Positions 24,790 through 38,750 of a stretch of DNA of 64,000 nucleotides are shown piece by piece. Origin of the DNA: Eledone cirrhosa. Its lineage: Eukaryota. The first letter of the stretch is position 1. Every line of letters begins with the position of its first letter. Below the pieces are notes generated by a model. It worked only from the letters and a program-made list of their open reading frames with translations. It did not search any database and was not told the origin of the DNA. The position numbers and the translations under genes are program-made. Location: positions 64,728,001 to 64,792,000 of the forward strand of contig OZ024744.1 in NCBI GenBank assembly GCA_964016885.1. The letters run 5' to 3'.

Positions 24790-27709
24790 ATCGTTATCGT
24801 CGTCGTCATCGTGGCGTCGTTGTCGTTATCGTCATCATCATTATTGTCGTCATAGTCATCATCATTTTTGTCATCATAGTCATCATCATTTTTGTCATCG
24901 TTGTCGTTATCGTCATCATCATTATTGTCATCATAGTCATCATCATTTTTGTCATCATAGTCATCATCATTTTTGTCATCGTTGTCGTTATCGTCATCAT
25001 CATTATTGTCATCATAGTCATCATCATTATTGTCATCATAGTCATCATCATTTTTGTCATCGTTGTCGTTATCGTCATCATCATTATTGTCGTCATAGTC
25101 ATCATCATTATTGTCATCGTTGTCATCATAGTCATCATCATTATTGTCATCGTTGTCATCATAGTCATCATCATTATTGTCATCGTTGTCATCATAGTCA
25201 TCATTATTGTCATCGTTGTCGTCATAGTCATCATCATTATTGTCATCGTTGTCATCATAGTCATCATCATTATTGTCATCGTTGTCATCATAGTCATCAT
25301 CATGATTGTCATCGTTGTCATCATAGTCATCATCATTATTGTCATCGTTGTCATCATAGTCATCATTATTGTCATCGTTGTCGTCATAGTCATCATCATT
25401 ATTGTCATCGTTGTCGTCATAGTCATCATCATTATTGTCATCGTTGTCATCATAGTCATCATCATTATTGTCATCGTTGTCATCATAGTCATCATCATGA
25501 TTGTCACCGTTGTCATCATAGTCATCATCATGATTGTCATCGTTGTCATCATAGTCATCATCATGATTGTCACCGTTGTCATCATAGTCATCATCATGAT
25601 TGTCATCGTTATCATCATAGTCATCATCATTATTGTCATCGTTGTCATCATAGTCATCATCATGATTGTCATCGTTGTCATCATAGTCATCATCATGATT
25701 GTCACCGTTGTCATCATAGTCATCATCATGATTGTCATCGTTGTCATCATAGTCATCATCATTATTGTCATCGTTGTCATCATAGTCATCATTATTGTCA
25801 TCGTTGTCATCATAGTCATCATCATTATTGTCATCGTTGTCGTCATAGTCATCATCATTATTGTCATCGTTGTCATCATAGTCATCATTATTATCGTCAT
25901 CGTTGTCGTCATAGTCATCATCATTATTGTCATCGTTGTCGTCATAGTCATCATGATTGTCATCGTTGTCGTCATAGTCATCATCATTATTGTCACCGTT
26001 GTCATCATAGTCATCATCATTATTGTCATCGTTGTCGTCATAGTCATCATCATTATTGTCATCGTTGTCATCATAGTCATCATTATTGTCATCGTTGTCA
26101 TCATAGTCATCATCATTATTGTCATCGTTGTCATCATAGTCATCATTATTGTCATCGTTGTCGTCATAGTCATCATTATTGTCATCGTTGTCATCATAGT
26201 CATCATTATTGTCATCGTTGTCATCATAGTCATCATCATTATTGTCATCGTTGTCGTCATAGTCATCATCATTATTGTCATCGTTGTCATCATAGTCATC
26301 ATTATTATCGTCATCGTTGTCGTCATAGTCATCATCATTATTGTCATCGTTGTCGTCATAGTCATCATCATTATTGTCATCGTTGTCATCATAGTCATCA
26401 TTATTGTCATCGTTGTCATCATAGTCATCATCATTATTGTCATCGTTGTCATCATAGTCATCATTATTGTCATCGTTGTCGTCATAGTCATCATTATTGT
26501 CATCGTTGTCATCATAGTCATCATTATTGTCATCGTTGTCATCATAGTCATCATCATTATTGTCATCGTTGTCGTCATAGTCATCATCATTATTGTCATC
26601 GTTGTCATCATAGTCATCATTATTATCGTCATCGTTGTCGTCATAGTCATCATCATTATTGTCATCGTTGTCGTCATAGTCATCATCATTATTGTCATCG
26701 TTGTCATCATAGTCATCATTATTGTCATCGTTGTCGTCATAGTCATCATCATTATTGTCATCGTTGTCATCATAGTCATCATCATTATTGTCATCGTTGT
26801 CGTCATAGTCATCATCATTATTGTCATCGTTGTCATCATAGTCATCATCATTATTGTCATCGTTGTCGTCATAGTCATCATGATTGTCATCGTTGTCGTC
26901 ATAGTCATCATCATTATTGTCACCGTTGTCATCATAGTCATCATCATTATTGTCATCGTTGTCGTCATAGTCATCATCATTATTGTCATCGTTGTCATCA
27001 TAGTCATCATTATTGTCATCGTTGTCATCATAGTCATCATCATTATTGTCATCGTTGTCATCATAGTCATCATTATTGTCATCGTTGTCGTCATAGTCAT
27101 CATCATTATTGTCATCGTTGTCATCATAGTCATCATCATTATTGTCATCGTTGTCGTCATAGTCATCATCATTATTGTCATCGTTGTCGTCATAGTCATC
27201 ATCATTATTGTCATCGTTGTCATCATAGTCATCATCATTATTGTCATCGTTGTCGTCATAGTCATCATCATTATTGTCATCGTTGTCGTCATAGTCATCA
27301 TCATTATTGTCATCGTTGTCATCATAGTCATCATGATTGTCATCGTTGTCGTCATAGTCATCATTATTGTCATCGTTGTCGTCATAGTCATCATCATTAT
27401 TGTCATCGTTGTCATCATAGTCATCATCATTATTGTCATCGTTGTCGTCATAGTCATCATCATTATTGTCATCGTTGTCATCATAGTCATCATCATTATT
27501 GTCATCGTTGTCGTCATAGTCATCATCATTATTGTCATCGTTGTCGTCATAGTCATCATCATTATTGTCATCGTTGTCGTCATAGTCATCATCATTATTG
27601 TCATCGTTGTCGTCATAGTCATCATCATTATTGTCATCGTTGTCGTCATAGTCATCATCATGATTGTCATCGTTGTCGTCATAGTCATCATCATGATTGT
27701 CATCGTTGT
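24790..27709. repeat. 2.9-kb minisatellite, 33/30-bp unit (CATCATAGTCATCATCATTATTGTCATCGTTGT), derived from (CAT)n
   Basis: Tandem array with few variant positions and internal block duplications; accounts for ORFs 24749-27754, 24759-27752, 24806-27772 and 25302-27725. Confidence 0.95.
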
Positions 27710-27895
27710 CTGGCAGTATCGGTAGAGGGTTGGACGCCATGCTTTGACGCATAGAGTTACGGCCCTTGCCATTCTGAGTTCAAATCCCGTCGAGGTTAAC
27801 TTTGCCTTTCATCCTTACGAGGTCGATAAAATAAAGTACCAGTAATGTACTGGGTGATGGCTGACATTCTGCCAAAAGTAGAAACAATTATTATC
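27710..27895 (+). mobile_element. SINE family C
   Basis: TGGCAGTATCGGTAGAG..GAGTTCAAATCCC..GCCTTTCATCC..GAAACAATTATT. Confidence 0.85.
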
Positions 27896-27939
27896 ATTGT
27901 TGTTGTCATCGTCGTCGTCATTATTATTATCGTCGTTGT

Positions 27940-28793
27940 CGTGATCACCACCACCACCACCACACCACCACACCACCACCACACCACCACCACCACACCA
28001 CCACACCACCACCACCGCCACCACCACACCACCACACCACCACCACACCACCACCACCACACCACCACACCACCACCACCACCACCACCACACCACCACA
28101 CCACCACCACACCACCACCACCACACCACCACACCACCACCACACCACCACCACCACACCACCACACACCACCACCACCACCATACCACCACACCACCAC
28201 CACACCACCACCACCACACCACCACACCACCACCACCACCACCACCATACCACCACACCACCACCACCACCACCACCACCACCACCACCACCACCACCAC
28301 CACCACCACCACCACCATACCACCACACCACCACCACCACCACCACCACCACCACCACCACCACCACCACCATCACAACCATCACCACCACCACCATCAT
28401 CATCATCATCGCCACCACCACCATCGTTATCACCCCCCCCCCCATCATCGTCACCCCCAACCATCATTATCATAATCATCATTGTCATCGTCACCACCAC
28501 CACCACCACCACCACCACTATCATCATCACCACCACCACCACCACCACCACCACCACCACCACCACCACCACCACCACCACCACCACCACCACCACCACC
28601 ACCACCACCACCATCGTCACCCCCCTTACCATCATTATCATAATCATCATTGTCATTGCTACCACCACCACCACCACCATCGTCACCCCCCTACCATCAT
28701 TATCATCATCATCACCACCAACACTACCACCACCACCACCATCGTCACCCCCCCTACCATCATTATCATAATCATCATTGTCATTGCCCCCCC

Positions 28794-28827
<34 letters not shown>

Positions 28828-28830
28828 TCA
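27940..28830. repeat. (CAC)n/(CACCA)/(CAT)n low-complexity tract
   Basis: Direct observation. Confidence 0.92.
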
Positions 28831-28934
28831 TACTTTTACATCTTCTTTTCCATGATTGTATAGGTTGGAAGAGTCCATTCTAGCACAGCTTCCTTCCACT
28901 TGTTGCAGTCTTTCTTCTACCAAATTCCATTCAC

Positions 28935-29950
28935 ATGTGTGTGTGTGTATGATTGTTTGTATGTGTGTGTGTATGAGGGTGTGTGAGTGTTTGCATGTGT
29001 GTGTGTTTGCATGTGTGTGTTTGTATGTGTATGTGTGTGTGTGAATATGTGTGTGTGTGAATGTGTGTGTGTGAGAGTGTATGTATGTTTGTTTGTATGT
29101 GTATGTGTGTGTGTGTGAGAGATAGTGTTTGTATGTGTGTGTTTGTATGTGTATATGTGTGTGTGTATGTGTATGATTGTTTGTATGTGTGTGTGTATGA
29201 GGGTGTGTGAGTGTTTGCATGTGTGTGTGTTTGCATGTGTGTGTTTGTATGTGTATGTGTGTGTGTGAATATGTGTGTGTGTGAATGTGTGTGTGTGAGA
29301 GTGTATGTATGTTTGTATGTGTATGTGTGTGTGTGTGAGAGATAGTGTTTGTATGTGTGTGTTTGTATGTGTATATGTGTGCGAGTGTTTGTATGTGTGT
29401 GTGTATGAGGGTGTGTGAGTGTTTGCATGTGTGTGTGTTTGCATGTGTGTGTTTGTATGTGTATGTGTGTGTGTGTGAGAGAGAGTGTTTGTATGTGTGT
29501 GTTTGTATGTGTATATGTGTGTGTGTATGTGTGCGAGTGTTTGTATGTGTGTGTGTATGAGGGTGTGTGAGTGTTTGCATGTGTGTGTGTTTGCATGTGT
29601 GTGTTTGTATGTGTATGTGTGTGAATATGTGTGTGTGTGAATGTGTGTGTGTGAGAGTGTATGTATGTTTGTTTGTATGTGTATGTGTGTGTGTGTGTGA
29701 GAGAGAGTGTTTGTATGTGCGTATTTGTATGTGTATATGTGTGTGTGTATGTGTGTGTGTGTGAATGTGTGTGTGTGAGAGTGTATGTATGTTTCTTTGT
29801 ATGTGTATGTGTGTGTGTGTGAGAGAGAGTGTTTGTATGTGTGTCTTTGTATGTGTATATGTGTGCGAGTGTTTGTATGTGTGTGTTTGTATGTGTATAT
29901 GTGTGTGTATGTGTGCAAGTGTTTGTGTGTGTGTGTGTGTGTGTGCATGT
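28935..29950. repeat. TG-rich minisatellite with higher-order repeated blocks
   Basis: Recurrent GTATGAGGGTGTGTGAGTGTTTGCATG marker at about 28971, 29195, 29403, 29555. Confidence 0.9.
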
Positions 29951-30039
29951 GATAACATTTTGAGTTATTGTCCTCCCCACCACTACCATCACTACCACCA
30001 CTGTCACCACCACATTACTGTTGATTTCATAAACATAAA

Positions 30040-30255
30040 CACATATATATCTGAGTCAACATATACACTAATAAAAAAAATGATGGAGTGGAAAAATATA
30101 GTTAAAGTTCCTTCCATAACGATGCAAATGGTTTCTTCATTAGCCATCCTATAGGAGTAGTATTTGCCTGGCTTGAGGTGAAGGGTAATATCGAAGGAGG
30201 GTACTTTGGTTAAATTAGTGGTGACAGCTATAGTTAGGCCAAAATCTTTCTGTAT
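30040..30255 (-). mobile_element. Penelope-like RT C-terminal (thumb) fragment
   Basis: ORF 30004-30450(-) contains KDFGLTIAVTTNLTKVPSFDITLHLKPGKYYSYRMANEETICI, resembling PLE RT GL.I....N...V.FLD.TL.L..G.Y..YRK.N. Confidence 0.65.
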
Positions 30256-30514
30256 GTAACACATACTGCAGATGTCATAGCCATTAAAAATACACAAATT
30301 ACTACTAATAAAGTTTACCATATAAATGAAATGCTTACAAACTACAGGACAGAAGAACACAATAAAAATCCTCATAAAACATAACACAAACTCCATTACA
30401 CTAAACCATAAACTAGTAGTAATAATATAATAGGAAAAATAAACAATCAAAAACTTCTTTATTAACTACAAACTATAGCCAAATAAACCAGAAAACAAGC
30501 TTGCAACTAATTAA

Positions 30515-30810
30515 TGTCTTCTCTTTCTTCATTGCTCATTTATTCCTGAGAGAGTCATGGGGGCAGAGTCCTCAAACACTCCTTCCAGTGGGTCCTGTCA
30601 GAAACAACCATCTCCAACTGGATCCCCAAGCAAGACCAGCCAAGCCCATGGATGTTATCCAACCATCTTGCTCAGGGTCTACACATGGGTCTTCTGCCAG
30701 TTGGTTTGGCCTGTAAAATCTGTCCAGTGGTTCTTTCCTGAAAATTCTAACCACATGCCTGTAATATTGGAGCTGTGATCTCTCAATTCAAAGAAGTAGT
30801 GGCTCTACCT
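30515..30810 (-). mobile_element. Rex3-like RTE 3' fragment
   Basis: Homologous to 13380-13670. Confidence 0.75.
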
Positions 30811-30849
30811 GGAGTGCCTCACTGATTAATGTGACTTATAAATTTGATA

Positions 30850-32150
30850 GTAAAAACAGTCTTCTTTTATACATCATCTCTCCAGTTGTTTCATATATTT
30901 CTTTCTTTGCCATTTCCTTTATGAGGTTCAGCATCCTGAGATCAACTTTCTTCACTTCTGCTCAGGTCTTCCTCTTCCACAGCTTCCTTCCACTTAAAAC
31001 TCCAGGCATTTTTACACCCAATTATAATCATCTATCTCTATTATATATCATTATATGTCTATACCAATGCAATCTTCTCCCCTGTACACTGCATATAATT
31101 CCTCTTATAGCCTAGTTTTTTTCTCTCAGCTCATTTGTGCTTCACTCTTAATGTGCACTTACATGAGTCATTCAGCAGAGCATGCTTGATTCATTTTTTT
31201 TTTCTAGCCTTTGCATATACTCTACATTAAATGCCCATCTCACACTACCATACAGTATTGCACTTACATACATAGGTATCATATAGTTTATCTTGGTTTG
31301 AAGAAGGAATCCCTTCATTGCAAACAGAAGAAACATCTCCCTCAACATTTTTCACCTTTTCTTATTGCATTTAACTAGTTTTCAGTGCAATCTATTCTAC
31401 CTACATAGCAAAAGATATTGACTAATTGTATTGAACCTTCTCTGGATTGGAAAAATGTTTACTACCAGCTATTCCTGTGCTTGTATTACATCAAAAATCT
31501 ACCGTCTCTGTTAGCCAGCCCACTACATATCTTTTGTACCTATACTTTACACTGTATGGAATTCCTACCTACTTTTTTTCTGCATATCAAGCATAGTCAT
31601 TTCTCCAATGGCAACAGGGTCTTGTCTTCTTTCCTACTCACTAAAACTTTTGTCTTTGCTAAGTTTACTCTAAGTCCTTTAGATTCTAGATTTTATTTGA
31701 CCAAATGGAGATTTTCCACAGATTCGGCTATAAGAACTAGGTTATCAGTATACAAAAGCTCCCATGGATAACTAATTGACCTTAAACTCATTTGTAATGG
31801 CCTGGAACATTTTATAATAAACTTAAGAGAACTGAGAACTGAGCCTTGATGCACACTTACTTGCAAACTAAATTCTTCACAGAACTCATTACCAAGTTTT
31901 ATTTTCCTGGGAGCATCTCTGTATATGGCTTGCATTGCTCTCACCAACTATTCATCAAAACCTAGTTTCTTGAAGCTCTCTCATCAAATGTGGTCCCCTG
32001 TCAAAGGCCTTCACTAAATCAACAAATGCTAGGTATAATGGCTTGCTCTTGGCAAGAAACTTCTCTTGTAGTTCACTCACAAAGATGAGGGCATCGATTG
32101 TACTCTATCCAGAGACAACTCCAAACTGTATCTCATCTAATCTCAGTTAA
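30850..32150 (-). mobile_element. Degenerate RTE LINE (PHD lineage) RT fragment
   Basis: VHQGSVLSSL, PWELLYTDNLVLIAES, LAFVDLVKAFDR; homologous to 53137-54265. Confidence 0.8.
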
Positions 32151-32439
32151 TGTTTGAATGTATAAAATTCTATGGTATTTTAAACACATATTCTAATATT
32201 ATACCCACACACACATACATACATATATATATATGTATGTATATATATATATATCTTCACATTCATCATCATATTACATCTGCTTTTTACACCCTTGCTT
32301 GCAAGGGTGAGATTTATATTGAATATTACATACAGGAAATATCTTTTGTACTTCATTAGCAGCATACTCACTTATTGACTTGGTGCTTTATGCCTGACAT
32401 AGACCTCTATACTATACCACACACATGGCAAGTTAAGGC

Positions 32440-33700
32440 TGCATCATTAACCTGCAGACCTGTGTATTCCACTCGACCCCCTTCCCCCTACTCTTTAAAT
32501 GTTCTCTGTACTTAGTTTTGGATAGATGAATCCGACCATAAACTGAATATGACACCTCTTCCTTTCATAAGCTACCCTCAGGAAGCACAATGTCACATAT
32601 TTTCCATGCTCTATATGCTTTAACTCATAATCTTTCACCTCCTCATACAGAGTTTTCTTCCATAAAACCCTATCACAAGCAGCTATTTCCCAGTTGTTTA
32701 ATGCAACACCCAATCTTTTCATGTTGCCACAAAATCACATCTTTGGCATACATGTAGGTCTATTCCCTATGTTTAGCTCTCCATACAACAATTCTTTTGT
32801 CATTCTCTCATCCACAACTGAACAACATGCCCAACCCAACATAAGCTACTTTTCATCAAACAAGATTCTATACTCATGCTCTTAGCAAATTAAATCACAG
32901 CTCTATTAGGTGCAAAACTTGTACATTCACTCTCAGAATCTGTCTAAGACATCTCTGATGAAACCTTTCTGAAGTCTTTATGTGCTTTCTATATATGGTC
33001 TCTTTGCACCGATCCTTAGTACTATTAAAAGAAGTTACCAAACACCTATAAATCTGAGATAACTAAACTAGACAGTTTTCAGAAGGACTCATTAATGTGA
33101 TCATTCTTTCCTTAGAACCAATGTCTTCTCTTGTGTGTAACAGCCCCTAACTTTTTACGAGATACACAGTAACAATTGGACATAATTTCATCGGAAACAT
33201 TATGTGTGGGAGTGTAAACAATCTCTAAAGACACTTAACAACCTCCATCAAGTGGAAGCCTCATTAACATGATCCCCTCATTTACACCACTAGGCAGTTC
33301 CTCAAAAGGCAGTTCCACAAGAGAGTAAAATATTTCTTTCTTCAGAAGCAAACCCAACTTCACACTCCTGACTTTCTTCCTCATTGTTTTCTGGTCCAAC
33401 AAATTTTATAATCTTTCACTTCATCCAAATGACCTTCTCCAGGAAACCTAGTTTCAGCACGTGCAACAATATCCATCTTGTATCTTTCCAGTTTGAAAAC
33501 CACAATTCCTGTCTTTCTTTCAGTACTATTCTCAGAGTTTTGTAATGTCCCAATTTCATTGCAACAACCCAATTTCATATTTTTTTTGTTTTTCTCTTGT
33601 AATTCACACTGCTTAGATGAACAACTATCAGTTGCTATGCACTAACCAGTATCTATAGACAGACAGTTTTAGGACACCTTTTTTTTAGTCCTTTCCTATG
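32440..33700 (-). mobile_element. Highly degenerate RTE LINE with APE N-terminus and C-terminal remnants
   Basis: ERKTGIVVFKLERYKMDIVARAETRFPGEG (APE start); FHQRCLRQIL, LLYGELNIGNR, WEIAACDRVLW. Confidence 0.7.
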
Positions 33701-33964
33701 AAAGTTTCTAAACAAGGCTGCTCAACTACTGTCAGATTCCTGAAAGTGATGTTAGGATAGACCCTCTCCCTCCATATGTGCAGAGTTATAACTAAGGGGC
33801 TCAAACTTGTCAAGTCAGTTTCCATTACCACTCCTCTATCACCATAGGACATAACATACAAAGTTTGTAAATAAGAAAAATTACCTACACATCATTGAAT
33901 TTAAGTGACATATGCCTGGAAAGTTTAAAAAAAGATTAAATTAAATATATATATAAATATATGT

Positions 33965-34312
33965 AGGCACATGGCTTAGTGGTTCGAGCATTGGCCTTGC
34001 AATCAAAAGGTTGTGAATTCAATTCTCAGACCGGGTGATGTGTTGTTTCCTTGAGCAAGACACTTTATTTCACATTGCTCCAGTTTACTCAGCTGTATAA
34101 ATAAGATGATAGGGACTGGGGTCCATATCATTCCACTGCAAAGTGGTCGTCGTGGTGCCACGGCAAAAAAGCACCCAGCCCACACTGTAAATGAGGTTGG
34201 TGTTAGGAAGGGCATCCAACTGTAGAAATCAAGCCAGAATCAGTTCCCGTCCCACTCTTGCAAGCAGGGAAAAGCGGATGTAAAATGATGATGATGATGA
34301 TGACGATGATGA
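33965..34312 (+). mobile_element. CORE-type SINE family B
   Basis: Near-identical organisation to 6506-6853. Confidence 0.85.
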
Positions 34313-34522
34313 TATCATATTTAAAATGCTGGAGAGAACATATAAAACGATTGTTAAACTATCTCTTTCTCCATCTACTCGTTAGCTCGCTAGTCTCGCA
34401 ATCTATTAACATTGAGTACACTAACTTTCTCTCTACTGGCTTGTAATCTGCATAACTAATCGCTTTTCTCTTCTCCTGATTAGCTTACCTGCTTTTTACT
34501 CTGTACACATATACACACACAT

Positions 34523-34574
<52 letters not shown>

Positions 34575-34575
<1 letters not shown>

Positions 34576-34880
34576 GGCACTCTGTTGGTTTCGACAACGA
34601 GTGTTCCAGTAGATCTGATCAACAGAACTGCTTGCTCGTGAAATTAACATGCAAGTGGCTGAGCATTCCACAGACATGCGTACCCTTTACGTAATTCTCA
34701 GGGAGATACAGTGTGACACAGTGTGTGACAAGGCTGGTTCTTCGAACTACAGGTACAACTCACTTTTACCAGCTGAGTGGACTGGAGCAACGTGAAATAA
34801 AGTGTCTTGCTCAAGGAATCAAACTCAAGACCTTACCATTGTGAGCTGAATACCTTAACCACAAAGCCATGCACCTTCCT
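34575..34880 (-). mobile_element. CORE-type SINE family A
   Basis: Homology to 897-1180 and 51170-51475. Confidence 0.8.
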
Positions 34881-34917
34881 ATATATATATATATGTATTT
34901 ATATATACACATTAGTT

Positions 34918-35108
34918 TGTCAGGTCACCCTTGAATGCCGTTACTGGTAATATGTAACCCAGTACAACCTATCATATGGTTGGGTCATCAGAGACTAAAC
35001 TGGCAACCCCACTAAGCTTGCTTGCTTAGTGAGGAGGGTGATTTTGGACACCCTGCAGGATGGAAAACAAAACCTGCCAAAGTGTGGAGGAACTCAGGAG
35101 AGTCAAAA
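34918..35108 (+). mobile_element. Structured repeat, probable RTE 5'UTR fragment
   Basis: Homologous to 3640-3825(-) and 35860-36030(-). Confidence 0.5.
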
Positions 35109-35439
35109 TACACACATACATATATACATATAAAAATACATACATACGTACATGCATACATACATACATTCAAACATACAAACACCATCATCATCATCAC
35201 TGTTTTACGTTCATTCTTCCACACTAGCATGGGTTTATGCATATATACATACATACGTATATACATTTATATACATACATACATACTGATATACATGCAT
35301 ACTGATGTACATACATACTGATATACATACATACTGACGTACATACATACTTGCATACATTCATACATATGTACATACATACATACTGACATACATACAT
35401 ACATACATACTGACATACATACTTGCATACATACATGGT

Positions 35440-36030
35440 GGCTGCCAACTCGTTTTCGAGTACGGCCACTACTTTATATCCATGTAGGAGAACCCCTACC
35501 GATGCGCTGAACGAGTGTGACTTTTTAGTCCAGCCAGCGACTTGAAAACTCTGGTACAAACACTACACTTATGACAATTATTGACACATAGTGATGGGCC
35601 CATGGTACCATGTGACGACAAGTGCAGAGAGATCTTCAGATATAAAGCAATGCCTGTGCCGTGAAGCTTTTATAGTGAGCAAAGGCACTGCACAAAGCCA
35701 GTCCCACTCTCTTAACTAAGATGATATTTACCAAAACGAACAAGTCAACATCATTGGATATCATCAGGGTTGCAGGTGTTATAGCAGAGTTTTCCTTCTC
35801 CTAGAATTCTGCCTTAACAAAGGCTAAGGGGTCATCTCTCCCGGTGATTTTGGATGGCCATTGACTCTTAAGAGCTCCTTTGCCCTTTGACAGGTTTTGT
35901 TTTTAGTCCTGCAGGATGTCCTTAGTGACCCTCCTCACCAAGAAACCTTGGTGGGGTTGCCAGTTTAGTCGCCAACGACCCGACCATGTGACAGGTTGTA
36001 CTGGGATACATGTTACCAGTAGCACCAACA
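35440..36030 (-). mobile_element. Probable non-autonomous RTE derivative / 5'UTR, flanked by (TACA)n
   Basis: Contains the shared multi-hairpin motif and GAGTTTTCCTTCTCCTAG..GCCTT..AGGCT segment resembling RTE 5'UTRs. Confidence 0.5.
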
Positions 36031-36447
36031 TACATACATTCATACATACATACATGCATACTTACATAAATTGATAGATGCATACATACATATATACATA
36101 CAAACATATATACATACCTACAGTCATCCATACATCCATACATACATGCATACACACATACATACATACACACATATATACTTACACATACATATATACA
36201 TCCATCCATACATACATACATACATACATACATCCATGCATACATACATACATCCATACATCCATACATACATACATACATACATACATACATAGATACA
36301 TACATACATACATCCATACATACATACATACATACATCCATACATACATACATCCATCCATACATACATCCATACATACATACATCCATCCATACATACA
36401 TACATACATACATACATACATACATACATACATACATACATACATAC
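36030..36447. repeat. (TACA)n/(TCCA)n tetranucleotide satellite
   Basis: Direct observation. Confidence 0.95.
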
Positions 36448-36817
36448 ATGCTAACATCTTGTATTCTACACTAATGTCTCTAAATTAGAGCATGGAGGGT
36501 ATGTTTTCTCTTCTAACCATTTCCTCTTGGAACAATAATGGAAACTACATCGTAGTAGGGAGTTAATTTAAACCAGGAAGAGCTTTTTCTTTGATTTCTC
36601 ATTTCTAACCATAAAATTTAGAGAAGGGAAGGGAAGGAGAGAAAAGAATGACATATAAGGAAAGATTAAGATGGGGAGGGGGTATGGAGGAAAATAAGAG
36701 GGAGGGGTGGAGTAAACGAGAGAAGGATTGGAAGAGAAAGAGAGCAAGGTGAGGGGAGGGGAGGGAGGAGGAGGAGGAGGAGAAAGAGGAGAAAGATTGA
36801 GAAAATGAGTGAAAGAG

Positions 36818-36861
<44 letters not shown>

Positions 36862-37046
36862 AGGGAGACAACTTCTCTAACTCATACTAGTATGGAAAAT
36901 GTATGTTAAACGGTGGTGATGTTGATGGTATAATGATGATGATATATATGCCCAAACAAAATCACTCACATTCTCACACACACATACACATATATATATA
37001 TATATGCATATATATATAGAGAGATATATCTATATATCTATATATG

Positions 37047-37800
37047 CATCATCATCATCATCATCCTCATCATCGTTTAACATCCATGTTCCATGCTTGC
37101 ATGGGTTTGGATGGGAGTTTTCCCACTTGAGGCAAGAGTGGTTGTCATGCTCGCATAGGACTGTCTGGCGGGTTTTCTACAGCTGGATGCCCTTCCTAAC
37201 ACCAACCACATTTACAGTGTGGGACTGGGAGGTTTTTACCGTGTTGCCTACACGGCCACATTACAGCGTGGACTGTGTGTTTTTTTGTCGTGACACCTAC
37301 ATATATATATATATCTATCTATATATGCATATATATATATATATATATATATAACGATGCATATATATATATATGCATCGTTATATATATATGCATCGTT
37401 TTTTTTAAATATTCACTTCTGCGTTCACAGATTGACTTTGTTAGTTTCAGAAGATCCCGTTAAGGGTGAAAGCAGCGATTCTTTACTTAAACTTTAATCT
37501 GTTATTTTAATAAATATTTATGTATATATATCATCATCATCATCATCATCAACGTTTAACGTCCGTGTTCCACGCTTGCATGGGTTTGGACGGGAGTTTT
37601 CCCACTTGAGGCAAGAGTGGTTGTCTTGCTCGCATAGGACTGTCTGGCGGGTTTTCTACGGCTGGATGCCCTTCCTAACACCAACCACATTTACAGTGTG
37701 GACTGGGAGGTTTTTACCGTGTTGCCTACACGGCCACATTACAGCGTGGACTGTGTGTTTTTTTGTCGTGACACCTACACGATCTCATTTGTTTCGGCCT
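37047..37800 (-). mobile_element. Two near-identical RTE/SINE 3'UTR modules (about 37047-37300 and 37530-37800)
   Basis: Both match 60410-60690(+) in reverse: GGAAGGGCATCC box, 42-bp-type units, (ATG)n tail. Confidence 0.75.
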
Positions 37801-37894
<94 letters not shown>

Positions 37895-37997
37895 CTATAT
37901 ATCTATATATGTATATATATATATATCTGTATGTGGTTGATGCTTGAGAGAAACAGGCGAAACTCCAGAGTAACAAGACTTACTATTTAGCCTTCAT

Positions 37998-38044
<47 letters not shown>

Positions 38045-38344
38045 GGGGAGATAGAGAGAGAGATAGAGAGAGAGACAGAGAGAGATACACAAACGCACAT
38101 ACAAATACTTATACATACGCAGATGCATAAACACACATATACATACATTCACATTCATAATTACAGAGAGAGAGAGTGGAAATGTAATATTTCCGGCAAT
38201 ATTTAATTTCATATTTACTTTCCACTTAGAATAATTATCCACCAAAACTGTATAAGCTTTATTATTCACTATTTTCCAGTGTACTACTGATGTTGTTGTT
38301 GTTGATGTTGTTGGTAGTGGTGGTTATGTCATCAAAATATGTCA

Positions 38345-38713
38345 AGGCAGTGGATTGGTGGCAGTATTGGTAGAGTGTCACACACCATGTTTTGAAGCAT
38401 AGAGTTATGGCCCTTTACGGTCTGAGTTTAAATCTCGCCGAGGTTAACTTTCCCTTTCATCATTATGGGGTCGATAGAATAAAGGTTCAGTAATGCACTG
38501 GGGTAATTGCTGGCCTTGTGCTAAAAGTAGAAACTAAGGCAGTGGATTGGCAGTATTGGTAGAGCGTCAGACACCATGCTTTCCAGCACAGAGTTATGGC
38601 CCTTTACGGTATGAGTTTAAATCTCGCCGAGGTTAACTTGGCATTTCATCATTACATGGTCGATAAAATAAAGTAACAGTAATGTATTGGGATAATTGCT
38701 GGCCTTGTGCCAA

Positions 38714-38750
<37 letters not shown>
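38345..38750 (+). mobile_element. Two head-to-tail family C SINEs ending in (ATT)n
   Basis: Central domain at about 38445 and 38632; tail 38718-38750. Confidence 0.8.

Noticed and set aside
24749-27772. 1001-, 997-, 988- and 807-aa ORFs as real genes
   Set aside because: Overlapping translations of one triplet-based minisatellite; openness follows from composition. Kept only as a low-interest lead.
27796-28883. Gly/Val/Trp-rich and Pro/His/Thr-rich ORFs as structural proteins
   Set aside because: Translations of (CAC)n/(CAT)n low-complexity DNA that begin or end inside a SINE.
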